A stretch of DNA of 64,000 nucleotides from Candidatus Levyibacteriota bacterium (GTDB lineage Bacteria > Patescibacteriota > Microgenomatia > Levybacterales > UBA12049), in assembly GCA_016199085.1 (NCBI GenBank), contig JACQHJ010000009.1:41667-105666 (forward strand), given 5' to 3'. The notes under the pieces were generated by a model that saw nothing but the letters and a program-made list of their open reading frames with translations, was not told where the DNA came from and searched no databases. The stretch's first letter is position 1, and the number at the start of each line of letters is the position of its first letter. Positions 1-8,414 of the stretch are shown piece by piece. The translations under genes and the position numbers were made by a program.

Positions 1-149
1 AGGATATGGTAAATCAGGTTTACAGTCGTAGTCTTACCATCCGTACCGGTAACGCCTATAACTTTAAGTCTTCTTGCCGGGAACAAAAACAATATGTTCC
101 AAAAAACGGCAATAAAAAAATGGTAGATATTTTTAATTTTCTGCCACAT
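1..149 (-). CDS. murE: Mur ligase (MurE-like), 5' part, runs off the window edge
   Basis: Not in the ORF track. Manual translation gives [50 protein letters not shown], with the Mur-ligase P-loop [11 protein letters not shown], in dcw context. Confidence 0.8.
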   Translation of the reverse strand, partial: [49 protein letters not shown]

Positions 150-168
150 GGGCGTATTATACTCCTTT

Positions 169-196
169 TTGAAAATGCAAACAGTTAATATATAAT
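169..196 (+). promoter_or_regulatory. Putative sigma70 promoter of the DUF192 gene (TTGAAA-N16-TATAAT, 6 nt before GTG)
   Basis: Hexamers read directly. A divergent TATAAT at 156-161 (-) lies 6 nt before the murE ATG. Confidence 0.5.
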
Positions 197-202
197 GGTT
201 TT

Positions 203-532
203 GTGCTTAAGAACATAACATTAGGAGTCTCAACCGACCTAAAAGTAATCCAATTAAAAAGTCTTTGGGACAAAACTTTCGGAGCAATTAGGTTTAAAGA
301 TAAAATCCTTTCATTTAAAACGCGTTTTGGCATCCATTCTTTTTTTCTAAAAGCTCCTTTGGATGTTGTTATCTTGGATAAAGAGAAAAGAGTTGTAAAA
401 ATAAAAGAAAATCTTTTGCCAAACAGACTGTTTTTTTGGAATCCGAAACATTCCCAGGTTTTGGAACTGCCAAGCGGTTTTATAGAGAAATTGAGATTAA
501 AAGTAGGGCACATAGTTGAATTTACTTTATAG
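203..532 (+). CDS. DUF192-family protein
   Basis: IHSFFLKAPLDVVILDK...VLELPSG...LKVG pattern typical of DUF192. Confidence 0.75.
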   Translation: MLKNITLGVSTDLKVIQLKSLWDKTFGAIRFKDKILSFKTRFGIHSFFLKAPLDVVILDKEKRVVKIKENLLPNRLFFWNPKHSQVLELPSGFIEKLRLKVGHIVEFTL

Positions 533-1861
533 TGTTTTAGCTCTGATCTTCTCCCAGAACTCTCCCCTTCTGCAAAGCTTTTTTGAGTCTTTTTTGTCTT
601 GCAAAAGCATTTCTACTGCCCTTTCCAAAAAAAGCGTGTTTTGCGAACCTTTAATAAGCACTATATCTTTTGGTTTAATTTTTTCCAAAATCATTTTTTT
701 ACTTTGGGTAAAGTTTAAAAAGGAATAATTTTCAAACTTGTTTTTTGTAAGAATAGGTTCTATGTATTTTTGAGAAAGAGGTCCGATGAGAATTACAAGA
801 TCAAGAGTCTTTAATATCCTTTTTGCAACCTCCTCATGCAACGCTTTACTCATAGTGCCAAGCTCCCGCATATCACCTATTACTCCAACCCTTCTTCGCT
901 GTTTTCCGATCTCAAAAACAAAGTCCAAAAGATCTAAGATTGGCGTAAGAGTAGCGTTGTTATACGAAGAATCAATCAAAACCGTATCTTTGATTCCTTT
1001 AAAAACAGTCATTCTGCCTGCCGGGAGAGAAAAGTCGCTTTCAAGCGTATCTATAGCATTTTCAACGTTAATTCCTTTTGTTGTGGCTGCAGCAATGGCA
1101 AGAAGAAACGAGTAGGCAAAGTGCTTTGGCAGAGGGTTTCCTATCTCAATTTTGTATTTTTTCCCTTTGTAGATAAATACGACCAGGAATTTGTCTACAA
1201 AATTTTGTATGTTTTCAATATAAAACGCAGCTTGCCTGTGGTTTGCCGAAACAGTAATCCTTACTGCATTTATTTCTCCTTGAAGGTTTTTAATGTTTTC
1301 GTCATCTAAATTTAGGACTGCAAATCCAGTTACTGGTAAAGAGGTAAGCAAAAGTCCTTCCTGTTTAGTCGTAAGATCCAAAAGATCCTTCTCTCTTTGG
1401 CTTTCTGATTTTGCCTCAACCAAAGGATCAAACTGCTGACTATGCTCATAAGAAATATTTGTTAAGACTCCGATATCCGGTTTTATTATTCTTAGAAGAT
1501 AACTCATGTTTTTAGGCTCAAACGGACTGTCGATTCCCATTTCGGCCACATATATGTCAAATTTTCTAAAATCAAATAGAGCATGAAGCGGGGCTAAAAT
1601 AAGCAACCTTAACCAGTCGGAAACAGTATTGGTTTTAACATGCAGACCTAGAATGTCCAAAGGCATTCCCGTCTCGCTGTTTTTTCCTTTACCCTGTTTT
1701 ACCCTGTATTTCTTTTGCAAAATAAGATGAATAAAGTTGGAAAGCGACGTCTTTCCGCTTGCCCCGCCCACTCCAATAACAAAAGGTTTAATTTTTTTAA
1801 GCTGAATTCTTGCCAAAACCCTTAAATATAAGAGAATTAATTTAATAGCTAAACTCTTCAT
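527..1861 (-). CDS. murF: UDP-MurNAc-tripeptide--D-Ala-D-Ala ligase (MurF-like, lacking the usual N-terminal domain)
   Basis: GxxGKTS P-loop, EMG, GRM, DSSYN, GDMRELG and LIKGS motifs; follows ftsI. Confidence 0.85.
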   Translation of the reverse strand: MKSLAIKLILLYLRVLARIQLKKIKPFVIGVGGASGKTSLSNFIHLILQKKYRVKQGKGKNSETGMPLDILGLHVKTNTVSDWLRLLILAPLHALFDFRKFDIYVAEMGIDSPFEPKNMSYLLRIIKPDIGVLTNISYEHSQQFDPLVEAKSESQREKDLLDLTTKQEGLLLTSLPVTGFAVLNLDDENIKNLQGEINAVRITVSANHRQAAFYIENIQNFVDKFLVVFIYKGKKYKIEIGNPLPKHFAYSFLLAIAAATTKGINVENAIDTLESDFSLPAGRMTVFKGIKDTVLIDSSYNNATLTPILDLLDFVFEIGKQRRRVGVIGDMRELGTMSKALHEEVAKRILKTLDLVILIGPLSQKYIEPILTKNKFENYSFLNFTQSKKMILEKIKPKDIVLIKGSQNTLFLERAVEMLLQDKKDSKKLCRRGEFWEKIRAKTL

Positions 1862-1882
1862 TTTTAACCTATGTATTATACC

Positions 1883-3565
1883 TTATTCCCCGCTTGGAGG
1901 AATACCGTAATAGTTAAGCAATGACTTGGCAATATCGAAAAACATTGGAGCCGCCGTTTCCGCTCCATAAATTGAGGTTGTCGGCCTGTTTATAATAACG
2001 ATCATGACAAACTTAGGATCGTTTGAGGGGGCAAACCCGACAAAAGACGCTATAGTCTGATTAGGATCATAATGGCCTGCAATTGGAATAGAAGCCGTAC
2101 CCGTCTTTCCGGCTATTCTGTAGCCCTTTACACGAGCCCAGGAGGCCTCTCCTTTATTAACTGCGTTTACCATGATTTCAGCCATTACCTTGGCGGTTTG
2201 GGCACTGATGGGAGTATCGACAACCTTAGGCTCAATTTTAATAAATTCACCCTCATTTCCTTCAACCGCAGCTACGACATGAGGCTCCATTCTTTTGCCT
2301 TCATTGGCGATTGCGCCTATGGCTGTTAGAAGCTCTATGGGCGTTATGGAAATACCCTGTCCAAAGCCGGTTGTAGCCAAATCTACCTCATACCACTTAT
2401 TTTTTTCCTTAAAAGGAGCAAATACCTCACCTTGGAGGTCAATACCGCTCGTATCGCCTATTCCAAATTTTCCTAAATAGGAAAGCATCCTATCAAGCCC
2501 AAGTTTTTGAGCAACAAAAACCATACCCGTATTGTCTGAATGCTGGATAGTTTCAATCATATTGATGTTTTTTCGATATTTATCGTTCCAAGTATGAATG
2601 TCATAGCCTCCGATTGAGATGGGACCAGAGCAGATATCACACTTTGTTGTTGGAGTAACCAGTTTTGCATCCAAAGCAGAAGACATGATAAGAGGCTTAA
2701 AAGTTGAACCGGGCTCATATAAATCTGAGACAAACGGGTTTTTGTATGTTTCTAGAGGATATTCGAAATAGGTTGTAGGATCAAAAGAAGGGTAGGATGC
2801 CATCGCCAGTATTTGTCCAGTTTTGGGCTCCATAACGCCTATCATGCCTGAACTTGCACTGTATTTTTCTATGCCGGCCTTAAGCTTTTTCTCAACCAGA
2901 AACTGGATAGAACGGTCAACTGACAAGACAATGCTTTTGCCGTCAATTTTGCCGGTTGACTCATCCATTTTAGCAAGTATCGGCCTGCCAAACGCATCTG
3001 TAACAGTTGTTGCAACTCCGCCCTCACCCCTTAAGAGCCTGTCATAAAAACCTTCAAGTCCGAAATATCCCTTGTCATTTCCATCGTTGTCTTTTCCCAC
3101 AAATCCTAAAAGAGTAGCCGCCATTGATCCTTCCGGGTAAAAACGCGTATATTGCTCAGCAAAGCCAACGCCTTGTAAGCCTAGCTTTTCAAGCCTCTGT
3201 TTTGTCTCTGTGTCAACTTTTGACTTAACAGGTACCCAGACCCTATCCAAGGATAAACTCGCGCTGATTGAGGTGACATCAGTGTTTAGAACTGAAGCTA
3301 AAACCTGAGCGGTTGCTTCTTTATTTTTAACCTCTTTGGGATTTGCGTAGACCTGATATGACACTTTATTTGCAGCAATAGGGAAGCCGTCTGAAGTCTG
3401 GATTTCTCCTCTTTTTGGAAGTATTTTTATGGCTGTTCCATATTGGAGATCACCTAAACTTTGTAATTCCTGCGCTTTTACAACCTGCCAGTAAAAAAGC
3501 CTCAAGACAACGAGGAAAAAAGCAAAAACAATAAGCCCCAGGCAGAATTTATATCTCCAATTCAT
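1883..3565 (-). CDS. ftsI: Class B penicillin-binding protein (FtsI/PBP3-like)
   Basis: N-terminal TM, RG.I, R.YP.G, GLE, SxxK (STFK), SxN (SDN), KTG. Confidence 0.9.
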   Translation of the reverse strand: MNWRYKFCLGLIVFAFFLVVLRLFYWQVVKAQELQSLGDLQYGTAIKILPKRGEIQTSDGFPIAANKVSYQVYANPKEVKNKEATAQVLASVLNTDVTSISASLSLDRVWVPVKSKVDTETKQRLEKLGLQGVGFAEQYTRFYPEGSMAATLLGFVGKDNDGNDKGYFGLEGFYDRLLRGEGGVATTVTDAFGRPILAKMDESTGKIDGKSIVLSVDRSIQFLVEKKLKAGIEKYSASSGMIGVMEPKTGQILAMASYPSFDPTTYFEYPLETYKNPFVSDLYEPGSTFKPLIMSSALDAKLVTPTTKCDICSGPISIGGYDIHTWNDKYRKNINMIETIQHSDNTGMVFVAQKLGLDRMLSYLGKFGIGDTSGIDLQGEVFAPFKEKNKWYEVDLATTGFGQGISITPIELLTAIGAIANEGKRMEPHVVAAVEGNEGEFIKIEPKVVDTPISAQTAKVMAEIMVNAVNKGEASWARVKGYRIAGKTGTASIPIAGHYDPNQTIASFVGFAPSNDPKFVMIVIINRPTTSIYGAETAAPMFFDIAKSLLNYYGIPPSGE

Positions 3566-3843
3566 CTTTTTGCGACTGGCAAACCGGAGTTTATCACAAA
3601 ACTGGTTTTGCTATCTACAAATCCTAAAGTCGAGGCTTTGGAAGCAACATTAGATAAAGATGAACTTTCATAAAGTTTTTGGGCCAAGATCGCATTTTCT
3701 GTCTTTAGAACACTTACTTTTTCTTCAATCAAGGAAAGAGTGACTCCAGAGGTTGCAATATTGTTTGAAACATAGGTTCGAATAACCGAAAGAATCATTA
3801 CGGCGACTATTAAAATTGTGATTAGTAAAACGCTTTTTTTCAT
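3562..3843 (-). CDS. ftsL: FtsL-like cell division protein
   Basis: 93 aa with TM, coiled coil and 'A..LGF' ending; lies between rsmH and ftsI. Confidence 0.6.
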   Translation of the reverse strand: MKKSVLLITILIVAVMILSVIRTYVSNNIATSGVTLSLIEEKVSVLKTENAILAQKLYESSSLSNVASKASTLGFVDSKTSFVINSGLPVAKR

Positions 3844-3845
3844 GT

Positions 3846-4730
3846 TTAATTTTTTGCAAATACTCTTAACTTTGCACTCTTACTTCTTGAATTTTGTCTC
3901 ATCTCCTCTTTTTCTGGCTCTATTGGTTTTTCCGTAACCGCATTTCCTAAATTTTGTTTTTCAAATTCCTTAAATATGTTTTTTACGATTTTGTCCTCTA
4001 ATGAATGAAAGCTTATTACCGCTATCCTTCCTTTGTTTTCTAAAAGTCTAAGTGCTTGCGGCAGAGCTTTTTCTAAATTGGCAAGCTCGCTGTTTACCGC
4101 AATCCTTAAGGCCTGGAAGACCTTTTGTCCGATCTTGTTTTTATCAAAATCGGAAAGATCCTCCTTATACCCATAAGCTTTTGCAACTACTCCCAAAAGC
4201 TCATTGGTAGTCTGAATCGCCTTTACTCTACGCGCGCTAATAATAGTGCGAGAAATGGCACTTGCATGACTTTCCTGACCCAATCTATTAAATAACTCAT
4301 ATAACTCTCCTTTCCCTAGTACATTGACTAGATATTCTGCTGTAACTTGCGAATCTTGATCCATTCGCATATCCAGCGGCCCATTTTTTAAAAAACTAAA
4401 ACCCCTTTTGGGCGTATCTATCTGATGGGAAGAAACTCCCAGATCAAATAAAACTCCCGAAACCTTTTCAAACCCGTTTAAATGTGCAATTTTCTCAAGA
4501 TTTGAGAAATTCCCTTTAACTAAAACCAGGTTTTTGTTGGTAATGTGTTGGGAAGCAAAGTCGATAGCATCCTGATCAACGTCTATTCCCAAAACCACCC
4601 CTCCCAAGCTTAAAATCCTTTCAGTGTGTCCTCCTCCGCCCAGTGTCGCGTCTATGTATTTTTTCCCTGGTTTTATTTGTAAAAGATCTATTGTTGACTC
4701 TAAAAGGACAGGTTTGTGAAATCTACTCAT
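3846..4730 (-). CDS. rsmH: 16S rRNA m4C1402 methyltransferase RsmH
   Basis: HKPVLL, DATLGGGGH, DLGVSS, LDMRMD, FQALRIAVN, SFHSLED, RSKSAKLR. Confidence 0.97.
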   Translation of the reverse strand: MSRFHKPVLLESTIDLLQIKPGKKYIDATLGGGGHTERILSLGGVVLGIDVDQDAIDFASQHITNKNLVLVKGNFSNLEKIAHLNGFEKVSGVLFDLGVSSHQIDTPKRGFSFLKNGPLDMRMDQDSQVTAEYLVNVLGKGELYELFNRLGQESHASAISRTIISARRVKAIQTTNELLGVVAKAYGYKEDLSDFDKNKIGQKVFQALRIAVNSELANLEKALPQALRLLENKGRIAVISFHSLEDKIVKNIFKEFEKQNLGNAVTEKPIEPEKEEMRQNSRSKSAKLRVFAKN

Positions 4731-5169
4731 CTTTTTTCCTACCCTCTTTATCTACAAGTCTTTGAGAAATCGTATCTATGTTTTTCTCCAAATGTAATCT
4801 GTACTCTTCCCATCTTCCTTTATCCCAAATCTCAACGTAACGCGACAAGCCTATGAATACGACTTCGTCTTTAATCTTTCCATAGTCTCTAAGATAAGCT
4901 GGAAGTATAAACCTTCCTTTGTTGTCAAGTTCGATGCTGGAAGCATTGCCAAGTAAGAACCTTTGGGTTTCCCTTGTTTCGGACTGAATAAACGGTCTTC
5001 CTTCAGTACCTTCAAGGAGCGCTTTCCAGTTTTCTTCTGATACAACAATGAGTGAGTTTTCATATCCTAGAGTTACAATTAACTTATCCCCCAAAATAAG
5101 CCTAAATTTTTTAGGAAATGCACTTCTACCTTTGTTATCAATTTTGCCGTCATACTGCCCTATTAACAC
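4723..5169 (-). CDS. mraZ: Transcriptional regulator MraZ
   Basis: Two DxKGR repeats and EIWD; GTG start with AGGAG upstream; first gene of the dcw cluster. Confidence 0.95.
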   Translation of the reverse strand: MLIGQYDGKIDNKGRSAFPKKFRLILGDKLIVTLGYENSLIVVSEENWKALLEGTEGRPFIQSETRETQRFLLGNASSIELDNKGRFILPAYLRDYGKIKDEVVFIGLSRYVEIWDKGRWEEYRLHLEKNIDTISQRLVDKEGRKKDE

Positions 5170-5188
5170 TTTCTCCTGCCTTTCTTTA

Positions 5189-5218
5189 TCCCACCTTTTC
5201 CCCTATTTTCCCACTTTT
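5189..5218 (-). promoter_or_regulatory. MraZ-binding direct repeats (three units, 10-bp period)
   Basis: Minus strand reads aaaaGTGGGA aaatAGGGGA aaagGTGGGA between the promoter and mraZ start, matching the known TGGG/GTGG repeat architecture. Confidence 0.8.
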
Positions 5219-5223
5219 ATATC

Positions 5224-5252
5224 ATTTTGGCTTAAGTTTAGATGAGTGTCAA
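5224..5252 (-). promoter_or_regulatory. dcw (mraZ) promoter TTGACA-N17-CAAAAT
   Basis: Perfect -35 and 17-nt spacer immediately upstream of the MraZ boxes. Confidence 0.6.
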
Positions 5253-5292
5253 TAGGCAAATGATGTGTTTTAGTGTCTATGAAAAACAAAAA

Positions 5293-5308
5293 TCACTATA
5301 TGTAGTGA
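5293..5308. promoter_or_regulatory. Palindrome resembling an NrdR box
   Basis: tCACTATATGTAGTGa compared with NrdR consensus acaCwAtATaTwGtgt. Confidence 0.45.
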
Positions 5309-5336
5309 AACTGGTGAAAAGTGTTGTGAAAAGAGG

Positions 5337-5810
5337 TTAGATACTGTCTAGGGTAGCACTTGACTGGAAAACGCTGCCGTCATCTTTGGTTACTTTTAAT
5401 ATAACCTTTATGCCTGAGACATCTTTATCGTAGTGACAGACGTCAGAACACGTACCCAAAGTGACTTCTTTTGTAGCAGGAGACTCTGAGACGTCAATCT
5501 GCCCTATTGCTCCTCTTGGAAGATCTCCGGCCAGATACGAAAGCTCATATTCAATGGCTGAAATACCCTGGGTATTGGCAACGCTGACTATAACCGTCTG
5601 GCCTTTGGGACCTGCTTCAAGAGTTAGGCCTAATTCTTCAGGCAAGATGGTTGGAATGGGTATTTCTGTAGGAAGAATATTGGTGTTTACGTTTTGGCCT
5701 ATTTGATTTCCGTTTCTGAAAAAGACAAAGGCTGAAAGAAGAACAACTAAGGCAACGACAACTATACCTGCAATCTGAACTTTTCTATTTTTTAATAAAT
5801 CCGGATTCAT
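5337..5810 (-). CDS. Membrane-anchored hypothetical protein
   Basis: N-terminal TM, Pro/Thr linker, beta-rich domain with a CSDVC cysteine pair; has its own promoter. Confidence 0.75.
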   Translation of the reverse strand: MNPDLLKNRKVQIAGIVVVALVVLLSAFVFFRNGNQIGQNVNTNILPTEIPIPTILPEELGLTLEAGPKGQTVIVSVANTQGISAIEYELSYLAGDLPRGAIGQIDVSESPATKEVTLGTCSDVCHYDKDVSGIKVILKVTKDDGSVFQSSATLDSI

Positions 5811-5821
5811 TGACTATATAG

Positions 5822-5850
5822 AGCATAAACAAAACTTTTTTGTCTGTCAA
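5822..5850 (-). promoter_or_regulatory. sigma70 promoter TTGACA-N17-TATGCT
   Basis: Hexamers read directly; 11 nt to the ATG at 5810. Confidence 0.6.
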
Positions 5851-5890
5851 TATTAGAAATTGTCTGGTATAATTTTAACATCCCAAGAAT

Positions 5891-6556
5891 ATGACTGAAC
5901 AAAAACCTTCAGTGGAGATTAACGTTGTAAGCCCGGGCCTTCTGGTAATTCTAACCGGACCTACTGCTGCGGGAAAAACAGAGATCAGAGAAAGAATGGT
6001 TGGAAAACACAGGAAACTAAAAAGCTTAGTCACGACTACTTCACGGCCAAAAAGACCAAGCGAAACCGATGGAATCGACTATCATTTTATTGATCCCGAG
6101 CATTTTCTACAAAGAGTTGAACTTGGGCATTTTTTGGAATATGCAGAATACGGAGGAAATCTCTACGGAACAACCAAAGACGAGCTTGAGAGAGTGTTAA
6201 GAGGCGAAGTCTTAATGTCTACCATGGAAATATCAGGAGCAGCCAGATTCGAAGAACACGTAAGGGAGGCGTATGACGCCCAAACCGCAGAACAAATACT
6301 TTCAAGATCAATTACTGTCTATATTGACCCAGGCTCAGAAGAAACACAAAGATACCGCTTCATCCATAGAGAAGCTGGACTTGGCAACTTTGAGACAAGA
6401 TTGCTGCAGGATAGAAGCATGCTGAAAGACTTTGGAGATAAATTTAAGCATAAAGTACTAAATCCTGACCAGGAACATATTGACAAGGCTATTGAAGGGG
6501 TAGAGAAATTATTAGAAGGCGTACTTCAAGTTCAAATTGGCAATCTATTCAGCTGA
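5891..6556 (+). CDS. gmk: Guanylate kinase
   Basis: P-loop GPTAAGKT, TTSRPKRPSETDGIDYHF, EYAEYGGNLYGT; extended -10 TGGTATAAT upstream. Confidence 0.85.
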   Translation: MTEQKPSVEINVVSPGLLVILTGPTAAGKTEIRERMVGKHRKLKSLVTTTSRPKRPSETDGIDYHFIDPEHFLQRVELGHFLEYAEYGGNLYGTTKDELERVLRGEVLMSTMEISGAARFEEHVREAYDAQTAEQILSRSITVYIDPGSEETQRYRFIHREAGLGNFETRLLQDRSMLKDFGDKFKHKVLNPDQEHIDKAIEGVEKLLEGVLQVQIGNLFS

Positions 6557-7832
6557 TTTTAGATAGAATGTAATCCTTAAGTTTATCAATCTTTATCCTC
6601 TCCTGTTTTGCGCTGTCTCTATCTCTAACTGTTACCGTATCGTCTTCCATTGTCTGGAAATCAACCGTAATACAAAACGGAGTTCCAGCTTCATCCTGTG
6701 CAAAGTATCTTTTTCCAATGTTTCCTCTTGCGTCCCATGCCGTCATAAAATGGGGTTTTAGACTGTCATAAATCCCCTTTGCCTTATTAACGAGCTCTGG
6801 CTTATTGGCAAGAAGCGGAAATACGGCTGTTTTGTAAGGAGCAAGCTTTGGGTGGAGTTTTAAAAACACCCTTCCATTATCCTCTGCGTATGCATTTAGA
6901 AGGAAAAATAAAGCTGATCTGTCTACCCCGCCTGAGGCTTCTATTGTCCAGGGAGTAAACTTTTCCCCATTTTCATCTACGTATGAAAGACTGTGTCTTG
7001 ATAGATCCCAGTCGCCTCTATGGTGAATCCCTTCAAACTCAGACCAGCCAAACGGAGCATTGTATTCAATGTCTTCTGCATATTTGGCATAGTGGGCGCG
7101 TTCACTTTCCTCGTGTTTTCTAAAGCGAAGATTTTTTGCATCCATTCCCAAAGAGATATACCAATCCATTCTTCGAACTTTCCAGTATTCAAACCATTTA
7201 TCCCCTTCTTTATCATCAGGTTTTATAAAAAACTCCAGCTCCATCTGTTCAAATTCCCTGCTTCTATAAGTAAAGTTACCGGGCGTTATTTCATTTCTGA
7301 AGGCTTTACCGATCTGGGCTATACCAAAAGGAATCTTTACTCTTGTAGAAGAAACGACGTTTTCAAAGTTTACAAAAGCACCCTGGGTTATTTCTCCTCT
7401 TAAATATATCTCCGATTGTTTTCCCTCGACAATTCCAAGATAGGCTTTGACTAAAAGATTGAATTTCTTGGGAGGTGTCCACTGTGTTTTTCCTTTGTGG
7501 GTTTTTTCATGAGCTTTTATCTCATCTTCCTTATCTGCCCTAAATCTCTGATGACAAGTCTTGCATTCAACCAATGGATCTGTAAAAGCGTCTACGTGAC
7601 CTGATTTTTGCCAAGTAACAGGATTCATCATGATAGCGGCGTCAATGCCGACAACGTCATCTCGAAAGCCAACCATTGATTTCCACCACTCCTCCTTTAT
7701 ATTTCTTTTCAGCAAAACTCCAAGGGGGCCGTAGTCCCAGGTTCCCGCAAGTCCTCCGTAAATTTCGCTTCCTGGGAAAATAAAGCCTCGCCTTTTACAC
7801 AAAGCGACAATTTTATCCATTAAGTTATCCAT
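6549..7832 (-). CDS. glyQS: Glycine--tRNA ligase, alpha2 (GlyQS) type
   Basis: KRRGF, YDYGP-like motif, SGH, FRNEITP, REFEQME, EASGGVDR, C-terminal anticodon-binding domain. Confidence 0.95.
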   Translation of the reverse strand: MDNLMDKIVALCKRRGFIFPGSEIYGGLAGTWDYGPLGVLLKRNIKEEWWKSMVGFRDDVVGIDAAIMMNPVTWQKSGHVDAFTDPLVECKTCHQRFRADKEDEIKAHEKTHKGKTQWTPPKKFNLLVKAYLGIVEGKQSEIYLRGEITQGAFVNFENVVSSTRVKIPFGIAQIGKAFRNEITPGNFTYRSREFEQMELEFFIKPDDKEGDKWFEYWKVRRMDWYISLGMDAKNLRFRKHEESERAHYAKYAEDIEYNAPFGWSEFEGIHHRGDWDLSRHSLSYVDENGEKFTPWTIEASGGVDRSALFFLLNAYAEDNGRVFLKLHPKLAPYKTAVFPLLANKPELVNKAKGIYDSLKPHFMTAWDARGNIGKRYFAQDEAGTPFCITVDFQTMEDDTVTVRDRDSAKQERIKIDKLKDYILSKIS

Positions 7833-7871
7833 CAGCCTTATAATATCAAAAAAACAGTAGAGTTAAAACAG

Positions 7872-8411
7872 TCAAGAAAACTGGTAGAGAATTGGCCTTG
7901 TCTTTAACTTTCTTTCCAAAATCTCTTCTATAAGCACTTTTGTGTTTACGGCAACGTTTGGTGAATGTCTGTAAAAACCTAAGAGTTTTAGTATTTCAAT
8001 CTCAAACTCATAGATTACATCAGAAAGCTTTGGTGCATCCGAAAGTTTTTGTAAGGTACTTTTTAAAAGTTCGAATACTTCTTTGTTTTCCTCGTTTTCA
8101 GCGCAAAGTCCGTCAACCAATTCACAGATATGGAATGCGCTTCCGATTCTTTTAAGGTCTTTTTTTAAAAGGGGAAAGTTTTCCGTTGATTCAACTTCTG
8201 TAAGAAGGGGCATTGACCTTCCCTGATGGAGATTGAAAAATCCGTGATTTAAAAGCTCTATGTGCCCCGAGCGTCTGCTGGCAATTTTTCTTACGCCTTT
8301 TGCTTTTATTTGGAGTTTTCCCGCTGTTTTTGAAAAAACTGTTATGATTCTGTCGGCCTCACCGACATTTCTTCTTTTAATAACTATTCCCTCTACTTTA
8401 AAGGCTTTCAT
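7872..8411 (-). CDS. recO: DNA repair protein RecO
   Basis: GIVIKRRNVGEADRIITVFS...GK...AKGVRK OB-fold; short form without a Zn finger. Confidence 0.92.
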   Translation of the reverse strand: MKAFKVEGIVIKRRNVGEADRIITVFSKTAGKLQIKAKGVRKIASRRSGHIELLNHGFFNLHQGRSMPLLTEVESTENFPLLKKDLKRIGSAFHICELVDGLCAENEENKEVFELLKSTLQKLSDAPKLSDVIYEFEIEILKLLGFYRHSPNVAVNTKVLIEEILERKLKTRPILYQFS

Positions 8412-8414
8412 GTT

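Noticed and set aside
6-188. 60-aa plus-strand ORF in the track
   Set aside because: It is the antisense shadow of the murE 5' end, which carries a clear Mur-ligase P-loop.
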